This document shows positions 46,903-59,967 of a stretch of 64,000 nucleotides of DNA, in pieces. Where the stretch lies: positions 62,001 through 126,000 of the forward strand of contig CDRNVI010000178.1 of assembly GCA_977017575.1 (NCBI GenBank), written 5' to 3'. This DNA is from Paramoeba atlantica (taxonomy: Eukaryota > Protista > Discosea). The notes beneath the pieces are model-generated. The model worked only from the letters and a program-made list of their open reading frames with translations. It did not search any database and was not told the DNA's origin. Position numbers and translations under genes: made by a program. The first letter of the stretch is position 1; the number at the start of each line of letters is the position of its first letter.

Positions 46903-48991
46903 CATTGAAGTCTCACAATTCATTGAATATTCCATATGATGAACAATGCATACATTCCTTTTTGACATTCACATCTTCACTGAACTTACAATGCAGTCAT
47001 CTTATTGTGAGGGTTGTCGCAAAGCAATCTCTTCACAATAATAAATCATTCTCTGTTTTCCCAGTTTATTTGGCCTTGAGGAATTAACGGATTAGAAGTC
47101 AGCCTTCTTCATTTCATTCCAAAGTCTCGACAAGTCATGGGTAAAGAAGATTCAATCCCAAAGTTCAAACCAGACAACTATCCAGACTGGTCCTTCAAAA
47201 TGGCAGGACATCTCCTAGCAAAAGGCATCTTTGGATCAATTGATCTTGTATCAAACAAATGGGAAACCAAAACCGACCCCCAAAAACAAGCCATGAGACT
47301 GAAAGCCTTCAATGAGATTTTAAAATCTCTTGTTGAACACAGCAGCATAGCCCGAACATTCCAACACCACCAAGCACAACAACTCTGGAACCACATATGA
47401 ACCGAGTTTGATCGAAACACACTTTCTAACCAACTTGATCTCAATGAGGAGTTTATCAATTTTAAACACAAGGGAGGTGAAGATGTAGAATCATTTCTCA
47501 TTCGCTTTGATGATCTTGTGAACCACCTTCGTGCTATTGGACTGCCCCAAGACAACAACATCTGTTTCCTTCGTCTCCTCAAAGCTTTCCCTGATTCCCT
47601 CGAAGGTGTTCGCCAAAATTTGATTGTAAACAGACAATACGATATCACAAATGCAAGAAGACTCGCCAGACGATTTTCATCCTCCTTCTCTCAACCTTCT
47701 GACTCTATTCTTCGAATTGGTGGGAAAAATCGAGACAAACTCAACAAACATGTCTGCCAATATTGTCGTAAATCAGGACACTCTCAATTCAAATGCAGTA
47801 TCTGATTAGCTGATGAAAAACTTGGTCTCCATCTTCCTAACCGTGATGCACCCTGGAGAGCCCAAATGGAAGAAACAATTCAAAAAAGGATTGACAAAGC
47901 TTTTAGAAAGGGTCTTGCAGAAGGCAAACAAGAAAAACAAGAAGAAGAACCTGAAACTGAGAACGAAACAATGAATCTTATTCAAGAAGCATACGATGAA
48001 GCATACGATGAAAATGACAGCTTCTCTTTTCTTTGAATTCATAAACTTGTCTTGTCTCCTTCTTTTGCCTTCTCTCCCTGAGCCTGAATGCGAAAACACT
48101 CTCTTCTTCTCCTCCAAAAACGGATAACCACAACAAATAAGGAACTTTTTGCCTCCTTCCTTCTTGAACTCGGTCGGCTTCTGGAAAAAGAATTGAGTAG
48201 GGGGGAGAAACAACTCTTCTTCAGCTGCCAATAGAATTCCTCTTCCTCTTTTTCTCTGCACCCTTGATACCAAAACCTCCCAACACCTAAAATAGGTTAT
48301 TTCCTTCCATCTTTTTCAAACTAACCAACTGCATCTCAGAAATCCCCATGGAAAAGATGAAACCCCATCAGAGACGATAGGAACTTCATTTTCTCACCTA
48401 AATTTCTTGATCTCTTCTCTCCTGAGGGTTTTTCGCGCCATGCTCGTCCCGGTTTTCCCTCGAACAAGGGTTTTCCCCACTTTTGTGGTTTTTCCCTTTT
48501 TACCAATGGATTTTTCACACAACTTCCTTCTCCTTGTGACCAAGTGAATAATGTTTCAAAATATATCAAATCAGTGAATGAAGTCAATGAGAACAAACCC
48601 CCAGGCTGGAGGGATGATTCCGACCCAAGGCCACCTGTTGACATGGAGTGCATAGAGGCATTGACCCAGTGCAGGAAACAAAGGCAGGAAAGTTATAAGT
48701 CCATTTCTGAACAGATGGCATCTCTTAGCTGGATAAAGACATGAAATTATCCTTCCGCACGTGTGACTCCGAACACATTGTTCAATCACAGGAATAGGGG
48801 GGAGCGTTGAAGTCTCACAATTCACTGAATATTCCATATGACGAACAATGCATACATTCCTTTTTGACATTCACATCTTCACTGAACTTACAATGCAGTC
48901 ATCTTATTGCGAGGATTGTCACAAAGCAATCTCTTCACAATAATAAATCATTCTCTGTTTTCCCAGTTTATTTGGCCTTGAGGAATTAACG
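46903..48991 (+). mobile_element. Gag-only (TR-GAG-like) LTR retroelement, 2089 bp, 187-bp LTRs (46903-47089, 48805-48991), TSD TGATT
   Basis: Direct repeats differ at 6 positions. TGATT at 46898-46902 and 48992-48996. PBS at 47090-47102; PPT ggaataggggggag before the 3' LTR. Copia-type gag from 47137 (NYPDWSFKM.., CCHC CQYCRKSGHSQFKC) with in-frame TGAs. No pol motifs. Confidence 0.92.
47090..47102 (+). promoter_or_regulatory. Primer-binding site complementary to the tRNA-Arg(UCU) anticodon arm
   Basis: GATTAGAAGTCAG directly after the 5' LTR; reverse complement CTGACTTCTAATC. Confidence 0.8.
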
Positions 48992-50009
48992 TGATTGCTA
49001 TAATTAATAATACAAAAATAATACTAAATGTGATGCTTTATTCCACTCAAACCATGAGTTCTCACTCATCTTTCCTTATTGGATTTGAATTTGAAAATTG
49101 CCATTGTGATTGAAATTCACTGCCTAGGCTACCCCTTTGAATTCCTTTGTAATGAGATAGCACTGTCTATGATTACTTAACTGTTGAGTTAAAACCTTGT
49201 ACTTGCCTTTGCATCTTTGCAAAATAAAACCACTTTTGGATTCAATCCCCTGGTCTGTTGAAAAGAAAATTTCAAGAAAAGAAAGTATTCAACAATCTTT
49301 TTTTATTTTATCTTTTCTCTTTGAAACTTTCCTTCCCTTTTTAACAAACAACTGTCCAAATACAAACCTATCAAGCAAATGGTCCACTGGTTTGCACCCC
49401 TCTGAAACCACTTACACTGGTCAAGTGGGGGGGGGGACACCAGTTCTTCAACAAATTCAATTTGTCTTCCCAATGGTTGTATGCCAACCAACACATCTCA
49501 ACACATCAATCATCTCAATGCTTGAGATCATGAGGTTTTTGCCTGAATGCTTCTGGTTTTCTCACAATCTTGTCTTTTCTCCTTCCAAGGTTTTTGACAA
49601 ATGACAACCCTAAAGAACAACAAATCAAAAAAACAATGGTTTCCCACTGGGTTTTCCATCTGCTTCAAACTGCAATTATTCCTTATCCTCCTGAACACAT
49701 CTACTTTGGTACAAACTAAAGAAGGCATGTCAGAAATATGTTGAATGGACAACTGAAGAGCAGTCCTCAGAAGTTTCACAAAAAAGTGAGAAACTTTCTG
49801 ATGACATCATCAATGGTGTTCTCTATTTAGATTCACAGAAGGTCAACTTGGAGGAGACCAAGGGTCAACTTGAAGGAGATTGGGAATTGACTTGGAGGAG
49901 ATCAAGAGTCAGATCAAACAAATAGAGCAGAGAGCCAAGTGTCTTCAAAGTAGTGCACATTGCTCATGTGCACTCTCCCTGCCTGAGAAGTCCTTCATTT
50001 AGGAGAAAC

Positions 50010-50665
50010 AGAGGTGATCAAAGAAGAGCTCAAGGAGCTTGAAGAGCTTGAGGACTTGGAAGAGGAAGAAGACTTCTTGGTCAATTTAGAGGTTGAAGAT
50101 TTGGAGGTTTTCAATGACTTAGAGGAAGAGAAAGAGGAAGAAGACTTCTTGGATGACTTGGAAGTCAATGATTTGGAGGATGATGACTTAGAGGAAGATG
50201 ATTTAAAAGGAGGTGGATTCAGAGGGTGTTTCTGATGATATCTTTTGATTTGTTCTGAAGCATCAATTTGTGAAACATGGATCCATTCAGCATTGGCCTT
50301 TCAGTAGTGTTTGAAATGCACTTGATAATAAAGTTCTCCATTTGAATACTTATGCTTAAGGATTTCCTTCACTTCAAAATCATAACCATCATCATCTTCA
50401 ACAATCTCTTTGGGTGCTGGCTCTGAATTAACAATAGATATTTTGTTTGATTCAGGATGCAGAGTAATCTCATACCAAACATGGAGTTTCTTTAAGTTCT
50501 GGACATTTTGGATTTCTGAATTCTTCTCTTGTTTGAGTTCTTGAATCTGGTAACTTCCATTCTTAAGATCCTCCACAACCACATAAATCTCTTGGTAATA
50601 ATAGGATCTGTACTTCTTCACAATTTCTTTTCCTTTTGATTTGTTTCTCTTCAACACTTGATCAC
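50010..50665 (-). mobile_element. 3' remnant of a second chromovirus-type pol (integrase C-terminus + chromodomain + Ser/Lys tail), interrupted by the copia
   Basis: VVVEDLKNGSYQIQEL; YDFEVKEILKHKYSNGELYYQVHFKHY*KANAEWIHVSQID. Confidence 0.7.
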
Positions 50666-52645
50666 TGTCAAGTGGCAGAGTTTGGTGGAAGAAGATTGCT
50701 GAGAAAAGAAAAGAAAGATGCAAACTTCATTCCATGGCAAAAACTGGGAACATGAAAAACAAAGTCTCTCACACGTTTATTTATGAACAGGTTTCAAGCA
50801 CATATTTATCAATGTGACACCAAGTGCAAAAACAGAGAAACACACACAAATAAAAGCACATGTAAGAGACACAAAGACACAACAAGTTTAAGGAAGGGAA
50901 CAACAGATGATGTCAGCACAAATAAATTCACAGGCTGAAAGATCAGAATATGGAGAATAAACTATGCAATCAAATTGGGTCTGAAATAGAGCAAAGGTAT
51001 TCTTGAAGGCACAATTCAATGATTGATCAATATCTCGGTGTGTAGTTGTTAGATTCAGATGGAACTAGCACCATTCGAAAGAGGAAGGTGAGACGCTTCA
51101 GGATAGCACATCTTGTGATCATAGAATTCACAAATGATGTTCTCCATTAAGTCAAACATTCTTTGTCAGGCTTAGGCATAAGCAAAACTTTACTCACAGC
51201 AGGAGTATCACTCTTTCTTATTTTGTGGCAGTCAAAACTCTCCAATAAATTGTTGAGGAAGGCATGCTGATTGAGAGAAATTTCTTTGTGATTTTGTTTC
51301 ATACCACAACCAAGGAACCAGGAGCATTTTCCACTGGGCTTCCACTTGAATCTTTCAATCAGTTTGGAGTAAATCTCTTCACAGAGCTTTGGACAAGTAC
51401 AAACATCCAAATTATCATCAACAACAGTTGGAAATAAACAGAAGTTTCCATCAGGTTCAACACAAATGTAGAGATTGGGGTCAGCAGTCAGACAATGGAA
51501 TTGCAACTCTTCAATAAGAAATTTTCGAAAAGTTAGATTCCAACATTGTCCAGCAATTGGCACACCATAGAGAGCTTTGTTCAATCAACAGAGATATTCA
51601 GGATGTTCAGGATCTTCGAAACCTTCGGGTTGAGTGACATAATAAACAATATCGCCATCAGAAATGTCAGCTTGGATATAGGCACTTGGGACATCTCCAG
51701 AATTTACATTAAGGTCAAACATAGCAGCAATAGCAAATGTCAAATTGAGAGATTCAGTGGTTGCAGTTCCAGCATAATTATCTTCTTGGTCAAAATTGGG
51801 ATCTTTTGCAAGACTATGTTTTACACAAGAACCATTTGCACAAAATCAAGCTTTGAACTTGGATATTACACCATTTTCAGTCTTAATTCAAAATCACCAC
51901 AGGCCTTGCATAATAATGTGTTTCTTTCCATCCTTGGGGAACTTCAGGGGAGGAGGCACCAATTCTCAAGTTTTATTTTCAATATGAGCATCATATTCTC
52001 TTTTGCAGGCTTGTTTCCATTCTTCTTTTTCATTTGAACAAGCGGCTTGCTTGTAGGATCAAGGGGTAACTTTGTCATTAACAACTTGGTCAGCATGGAA
52101 GGCATAGTCAAGGAAATCAAGATCTTTGTAACCATGGCCAGGTTCACCAAACATATTCCAAGGTATTTTCAGGGCACTGAATGCTTTTCCAATGGCACTA
52201 TGTTGGTAGTCAGGGTCTTGGAAGTGAGCAGAGTGTCTTACTTCTTTGGCTGCATCATCAGATTCATTTGGTTCAGAGATGTTAATTTCATCATCAGGTT
52301 GAGGTTGAGTAACAAGATTAAAATCAACTTCAGGATCAGTTTCAGAGTTGTATGTAGAGAAAGAGTAAGGAGATGCAGATTGGTCTGCAGGGGTATAAGG
52401 GTCAGGATCATGATCATTTGGTGAGTAAATGAACATTTTATAATTATCAAGGTCAATCAGCAATTCAGGTTCATTTTCATCAGCAGAGTTATTTTCAGTT
52501 CCTTCGCTTTCTTCATCCTTCATATCTAATTCTGTCATTTGAGGGAGAATTTCAGAATCAGGGGCAGCAACAGCTTGAACAGTATCAGCAATTGGAGAAG
52601 AAGAGGAACTAAAAGAGGAACAAGAGGAAGATGTAGGTGTGTAAG

Positions 52646-55600
52646 TGTTGGGTTGTCATAGTTGGTTTTGTTGACTTTGTCGTTTTGTTGGTGAGTGGAA
52701 ACACTGAACTGTTTTGTGTGTGTTTTCTGATTGTGAATAATTGTAAATTATTTGTTGCCCTTTTTTGTACAAAAGAGGTTTTGTTCTTTGGACCCATTTG
52801 TGGGCGAAAGAGCGTAAACTTTCTTTTGTTCTTTTTGGCTTTTGGAATGCATTTGATAAAAGACATTGAACCAAGCTTGTTCTTTCTTTGTTCTTTGTTC
52901 TTGTTCTCTGTTCTTGTCTCTATCTCCATACTATTCTGTAGAGGACTCAACTTTTTTTTGGTCTTTTCCTCATGTGCATTGAGTTTAATCGGTTGTAAAT
53001 CCATTTTTTTTTGGAAAACTTTTTCTCTATGGAGTCAGCAAAGGAGAAGGCCCATGAAACACCCCTTAGTTTGGAACAAGAGGATCAAGATGCGGAAAGT
53101 GAAATTGAACAGATGTCATCATCTGAGTTGTCATTATCAGTCTTGTCAGGGTCACTGGAGTCTGAAGTTGTCCAGCATTATGACAAACTGAGGAAACTTG
53201 AACTCACATTAATGGATCAGGTGATTAATCTCAATCTAGATGAGAGTGAGTTTCATGAAGAGGCCATTGTGAGTTTGCAGAAGCGAATTTCTACGATCCA
53301 AGTTACGTTGAAGCTCTTGAAACAAACATTGGCTCGTGAGACAAAATTCAAGACATCAGAACCTGAGTACTCAGACATAAGAAGTTGAGTAGGACCTTCA
53401 GGTGTTCCAGGGAATTTGAGAATTCCTGGAAGAAGAATGACAAAGTTGGAAGAGAAGGAAGCCACTTCTTCAACTGAGTTGGAATCAGATTTTCACATGA
53501 TGAAGAGGGAGCAGTCTGCATCAGATTGTTCTTCCTCAAGTGGGAGTGATTCAAGGAGGTGAGCCAGAATACCAAGGGGAGTAGCTAATCCTTCAGTTGG
53601 TTTGTTTGAATCATCTACGGGCTCAGGAGATTGGTTAAAGAAACTTGACAATCTACCAAAATTAAAAACCCCAACGAAGGACATCATGAAAGTCCTTGAG
53701 TTTCAGTTTTTGTTTAAGATTTTGATGAAGGCTGAAGGTTTGCAAGAGGGGGTGCAGAAGAAGTATCTCTTGCGGGCAGTATCTGGAACAATGAAGTCTG
53801 ATTTTGTACAGTCAGATACCTCAGATTGGACAGTGAACCAGATGTTTAAGTTTTTGAAAAAATCGAATTTGGGAGCCAACTTCAGTCAGAAGGTGGAGGG
53901 ACTCTTGGGTTCGGTGGTTCAGGAGGAGTCAGAATGTATAAAGAAATTTGCAGAGCGACTCTCTTGGTTTCTGTTGGAGCTTCGGTTGGATTTGAATTTG
54001 AAAGAAGCAAAATTAAAGCTCTGAGAGAATTCTCACACAGAATATGAATTACTTTGGGCGAGGAATTTTGGTCAAGTGTTTGAGTGTGACCAGGAGGTTC
54101 ATTGGAGAGTTTTAGTGGACCATGCCTTTGAGGTTGAAGACACAGACCAGTTTGTTTTGTTGAAGGAGGATGCAAAGGTGCTAAAGAAAAAGGCAACTTG
54201 TGCGTTTTGTAAGAAAACTGGCCATTCAGAAAGTCAGTGTTACAAGAAGAAACCGCTGCCTTCATCAATGTCTTCGAACAAAAATGGGAATGAGAGTGCG
54301 AAGGAGAAAAAAATTTCTTGGAAAGAGATCAAAGGAAAAAATTTGTGTATCAAATGTTTGCAACCTGGTCACAAGAAGAAAGACTGTCCTGAACGCTCAA
54401 CTCCCAAAGATGGTTGTTTTCTGCTACTGGAGGAAGGAGCCAGTGCTGATGCCAGTGCTTCATCTTCAATGGAAGAAGACAAGATGTATAAACAATTTTG
54501 AGAGATGTTAATTCACCTCTCAGTGTGAGTGAGGAGAATGCTCTTGGCCCAATTTCACCACCTCCAGATTTGACGAAATTGTATGTTCCAATTACATGGG
54601 GTGATTCGAAATTGCTGGATATTTGGACTATCCATGATTCAGCAGTTACAGTGACAATGGCTGATTCGAGATTATGGAATCAGTTGGAAGGTGAAGAAGG
54701 TCAAGGGAAGCATCAGTCTGGTGGCATTGGTGCTGCAGTACAGACACTTACTTGTTTTAAGATGGTTGCTGCATATACTTTGTTTTATGCAACTGTAGTT
54801 AAGGTTTGGAGAAATCCAGCCTTGACTGGTAATTGTTTGTTGATTCATCATGAAGATGCAAAGCAGTTGGGGGTGACTGTTCAAGGAATCGAAGCGGTCT
54901 TCCCAAGTATTGCTCATCAAGTCCAAGTTGATGATCGGCAGTGGTTGGATGATGATGAGGATCAGAGTCAAGAGGAGCAATGGGATGATGAGTCAGTCAA
55001 GTTGTTTATTCAGAGTATTGATGATGCTTTGAAGGAAAACCAGAGACTGCAGGAAAATTCTCATTGTGTGCTCCCAGGTTCTGAGTTTAAAATTTCTTTG
55101 AAAGAAGACACTCCGAAGTTTGTGCCACAGTATCCAATCCCTGAGAAATTGAAAGGAAAGGTTATGGAGCAAGTGAACGAGTGGGTGAAAAAAGGATTTG
55201 TTAAGAAGTGGGACAAGGACAAGAAGAACTTGTGGAATTCCCCTCTTTTAGCAGTCCTTAAGAAGTCTGGTGGTCGGGTGGATCCTGATGATATCAGAGT
55301 TTGTTTGGATTTGAGAGCAGTAAATGCTTTAACAAAGGATCCAAGTAATATTTTGCCATCTCCTGCAGAATTGTTTGAACGTGTTCAGGGTGCGAAATAT
55401 TTTACCAAAATCAATCTCACGGAGGCTTATCATCATATTGTGGTGTCAGAAAAGAGTCAGCCATTGTTGGGTTTTCTGACACCTGATAAGAGTCAGTATG
55501 TGTATGTGAGGATGCCATTTGGGCCGAAAGGTGTGGTTACGCATTTTCAAGTCCAAGGAGAACGAGTTATCGGTGTTTCAGATAAAGCTGCAAGTTATTT

Positions 55601-58211
55601 GGATAATTTTCTAGTTTTTTCTAAAGAGCTGGAAAATCATTCTAATGAAGCTCACAGAGTCATCCAAAAGTTGACAAGAGCAGGATTTCAGATTAAGATG
55701 AAGAAATCAAAATTCTGCATGAAGAGGATTCAATTCATGGGTCATTTGATTGATGGTTTTACTCGAGAGATCGATTCATTCAAGAAAGAAATGGCTCAGA
55801 AGATGGTGAAACCTCAGACTGGAAAGCAAGTTGAAAGTCTTCTTGGTTTTCTGAATTTTTTGAGGGATTTTGTCCCAAATTATGCAACTATTGCGGCTCT
55901 GTTGGACAAGTTGTGAAAGATGAGGTGTCTTGGTAAGGTGTGGGGCAAGGAGCAAGACAAGTCTTTTGATTTTTTCAAAGAGGTTATCTCGAATGCTCTG
56001 GTGTTGTCTCAGCCAGATTGGGATTGAGAATTTCGTATTGCAACTGATGCTTCACAATATGCAGTTGGTGCAGTATTGTACCAAGTTGATGCAAATGACA
56101 AGAAATGTTATATTGTATTTGCATCAAAAACTCTTCAAGTGGGGCAACGAAATTATCCTGCACCGAAGAGGGAACTTTTGGCAATTATTTTTGTGATTAG
56201 GAAGTTCTGTTTATATGTTTTTGGGCGGAAGTTTAGAGTGGAGACGGATCATAAGGTGCTTGTGTATTTGAATTCAAGTACAAAGTTTATGATTTTGGAC
56301 TGGTTGGATTTTCTGTTGAATTACAACTTCTACATTGTTTATCAAAAAGGGATCCATAATGTTTTACCAGACTATCTCTCTTGATTGTATCAAGAAAAAT
56401 ACCCAGTTACAGACAATTCTACTGAACCAGCAATTGATGCTTGCGATGTTGCTGTGCTTGAGTGTGAGGATGAGCCTGTTGAAGGAACTAAGAGATATCT
56501 CGAAGAGTTTATTGGGAATGTACTTGGTAAGAAAGAGCTGGAGAAAGAAGAGAAACTGCCTTTGGTGAAAGAAAAGCATGAGGAAAGTCATGCTGGTGTT
56601 TCAGGAACAGTTCAGAAACTATTTCGTACAGGCTACTACTGGCCATCAATGAGAAGGATGGTAATTACAGTCTGTCGAGGTTGTGTGGTGTGTCTGAAAT
56701 ACAATCATGGGAGAATTGGATTTCATCCGATTACCCCAGTTACTTCAGCACTGCCTATGGATATAATTGGTATGGATTTTATTTGTGGGTTGCCTCAGTC
56801 AAATGAGGGCTATACAATTGTCCTTATTGTAATAGATATTGCAAGTCGTTTTGTGATACTGTGTAAATTAATCTCCAAGGAAGTGGAGTCAGTTGTGGAA
56901 GCTTTGCTATCTGTTTTTGCGAATTTTGGTGTCCCAAAGGAGATTCAAAGTGATCAAGACCCATTGTTTTTCAACAAAGTTATGGAGGCTTTTTGTAATG
57001 CTTCAACTGCAAAATCAAGAAAGGTGATGAGATATTACCCTGCTCAAAATGGTGCAGTTGAGAGATACATGAGAGAAGTTTCAGGTTTGGTTGTAAAATT
57101 GCTGGAAGGAGATATGACAAATTGAGTGAAATTTTTGCTAGTTGTTCAAATGTCATTGAATGATCGCTATATCTCGAGACATAAGTCTACTCCCTTTGTG
57201 GTGATGTTTGCGAGAGAGAGGAACCAAGCAGCAAATTATGAGGGGTTGGAATTGGAAGTTGCAACTCCTGAAAAATTGTTAGAGAGAAATCAGAAGATGG
57301 TCTATTCAGTTTATCCAGCACTTGCAAAATTATCCAAAGAAGCAGGTAAGAAAGGCTGTGATGATGTGAATGAAATGAGACAGAAAAAAAGATCTTTGCA
57401 ACCTAAACCTCTGGCAATTGGCACTTCAGTTATGAAAGAAGTGGATAAAAGAACTACAAAATGGCAGCAATGCTGGGAAGGCCCTTTTCGTATTGCTAAA
57501 TATAACAATGAGACAAAAGGTTATTCGCTGGAATGTATTGATGGGAAAGTTCTTGAAGCAGAAGTTCCTATTGCACAATTGAAAGTGATTCCAGGAGAAA
57601 TGAATTTATCTGATATCTATGAATTTGTGAAAATTTTGGATGATCGGGGCAAAGATGACAAGAAGGAGTACCTTGTCAAATGGAAATATTATGATGAGAC
57701 ATTTTGGCAACCTGCAAGTGATTTTTTGGTAGATGATGCAATTTGAGAATACAATGCAAAACAGAGAAAATCAACATGGCGTGTAAAGAAGAAATGAGGA
57801 ACTATTTCTGTTGTGATGCTTGTTGTGTTGGTTGTTTTGTTCTTTTTGTTTTGTTTTGTTTTTATTGTGTGTTGTGAATTGCGAGCAAGTGCACTTGCAG
57901 GGGGTGTTGGGTTGTCATAGTTGGTTTTGTTGACTTTGTTGTTTTGTTGGTGAGTGGAAACACTGAACTGTTTTGTGTGTGTTTTCTGATTGTGAATAAT
58001 TGTAAATTATTTGTTGCCCTTTTTTGTACAAAAGAGGTTTTGTTCTTTGGACCCATTTGTGGGCGAAAGAGCATAAACTTTCTTTTGTTCTTTTTAGCTT
58101 TTGGAACACATTTGATAAAAGACATTGAACCAAGCTTGTTCTTTCTTTGTTCTTTGTTCTTGTTCTCTGTTCTTGTCTCTATCTCCATACTATTCCATAG
58201 AGGACTCAACT
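52646..58211 (+). mobile_element. Full-length Ty3/gypsy chromovirus-type element, 5566 bp, 307-bp LTRs (52646-52952, 57905-58211), TSD GTAAG, inactivated by stops
   Basis: GTAAG at 52641-52645 and 58212-58216. PPT aggggg at 57899-57904. Two CCHC knuckles. RT (RVCLDLRAVN, RMPFG, YLDN), RH (TDASQYAVGAVL), IN (HEESHAG..CRGC, MDFI, IQSDQ, NGAVER) and chromodomain (YEFVKILDDRG..EYLVKWKYY). Confidence 0.95.
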
Positions 58212-59967
58212 GTAAGAACCATCGCTCTGAGTAAAATCAAGAGGAGGCATACTAAGAAGCACCATCTCATCATCATCATCATCACTGTACACATTTGTAC
58301 TGTGGGTTTTCTCATTCAAAGCAGTATGTTTTGAATGTAAGTTTACAGGAGCAGGAGTGGAATGGCCTATTCTGTTCTCCCTTTCAACATCAACAGGGTA
58401 ATCATTAATTACAATTTCAGCAGAATCATCAGGATTCTCATGTACACAATCCACAGGATTTGTGTTTGTACTCAGAATGTTGTCACAGTCTGATAATTTC
58501 GAAAAATCAACAAATTTTTCATTCAAATAAGTGTCAAAATAGTGTGGGATATTCCCTCTATCAATACACTTCAACAGGTTTGAAACACCAAAAACATATT
58601 CATCAAATACCACACTTGAACTTTCAAAAATAGTTTTCTTTACAGGGTCATACAAAATATAACCATTAATTTTCTCTGAGGGGCCAAGATAGATCGCAGG
58701 GTGTGCTTTAGGCATCAGTTTGGTTCTATTCTTTCAGGGAATGTGCATGAAAGCATGACAACCAAAAGGGCGGATCAACTCAATATTGGGTTTGTGACCA
58801 TACAGCTTCTGGAAGGGGGAAATCTCTTCACCTTCTTTCACAATGTAGGAGCTTACAACACTTGCAAGTTTTTCAGCATAATCCCAAAATTGTTCAGGCA
58901 ATCCAGCATGGATTTGAATCGCTTGAGCAGTGTTCCATTGAGTCTCATTTGCACATTCAGCAACACTATTTTCAGCAGAATCATCTCTACTAGAAAATCT
59001 GATATGAATTCCTTTCTCAGGGCAATATTGTCCAATTTTCATTGCAGGACCAACAAATTCTTGAGCACCATCACATTGAATGATTTTGACCTTCACATCC
59101 AATTGTCTTTGAAGCTTTGCAATCAGATTGATCAGCACTTTGCCAGCATCACTCTTCTTCTTGAGGAATTCAGATAAATCCATCTTGGAATAGTCTTCAA
59201 CAACTGAGAGAGAGTATTTGTTCTTCTGATAAGAAAGTATATTTTTCTCATGGTTGTCAATGTGCAACATTTCACTGAGTTTTCGTTTTGTTCTCATACC
59301 AGGGGTATGACTCTTCTTTTTTGCTTTGGCCAACTCACAAGCAGTACAAACATTTTGATCCATTCTCAATCTGTGATATTGCAGGGACAAACCATCAACC
59401 ACACAAGCATTAATGGTCCTTTTCAAACCAGAAAAGTGACACAATCTATTATGCCAATATTTCCATTCTTTCTCATGGGTAGGACAGAGGGTTCTATGGA
59501 TTCTTTTCTTGCAGAGAGGTTGAGATGAAGAAGCATCCTTGGGGGTTTCATTTTTGGAGTGAGTAACTTCTTCAGCAGCATAAGATTGTTGATGGTTGGT
59601 TCAACTGGGTAAAGCCAAATAATACAAGCCATTGTTCTGTGGACCACTCAAAATCGTCTGGGAATCGCTCAAATTGATCTTTTTTTTCATCACACAAATT
59701 TGGTCAGAATCCAAAACAACAGAAGCATCCCAAGTTTCACACATGTGGGCCACAGAGAGAAGATTTATTTCACAATTGGGGACTACAGAGACATCTTGAA
59801 GAGGTGGCAAATCAGAATGAATTGCCAAGTCCCCTTGCATTGTAACAGGAATCAGATCACCATTCACTTGCTTGATGCTTATGGACATTGCGGGTGGAGT
59901 GTTTCTTGTTGTGAGATTTGGATCATTCACAATTGTGTTTGAACAAGCTGAATCAGCAAGAGCAGTT

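Noticed and set aside
49000-50000. LTR or gene in the interval left of the chromovirus remnant
   Set aside because: CpG-poor and probably TE-derived, but I found no partner repeat, TSD or protein motif.
43806-58334. Recurrent ORFs MNQACSFF.. and MSPLQNSMEIETRTENK.. as a gene family
   Set aside because: They recur only because they lie in copies of the 307-bp LTR; low-complexity, with no domain.
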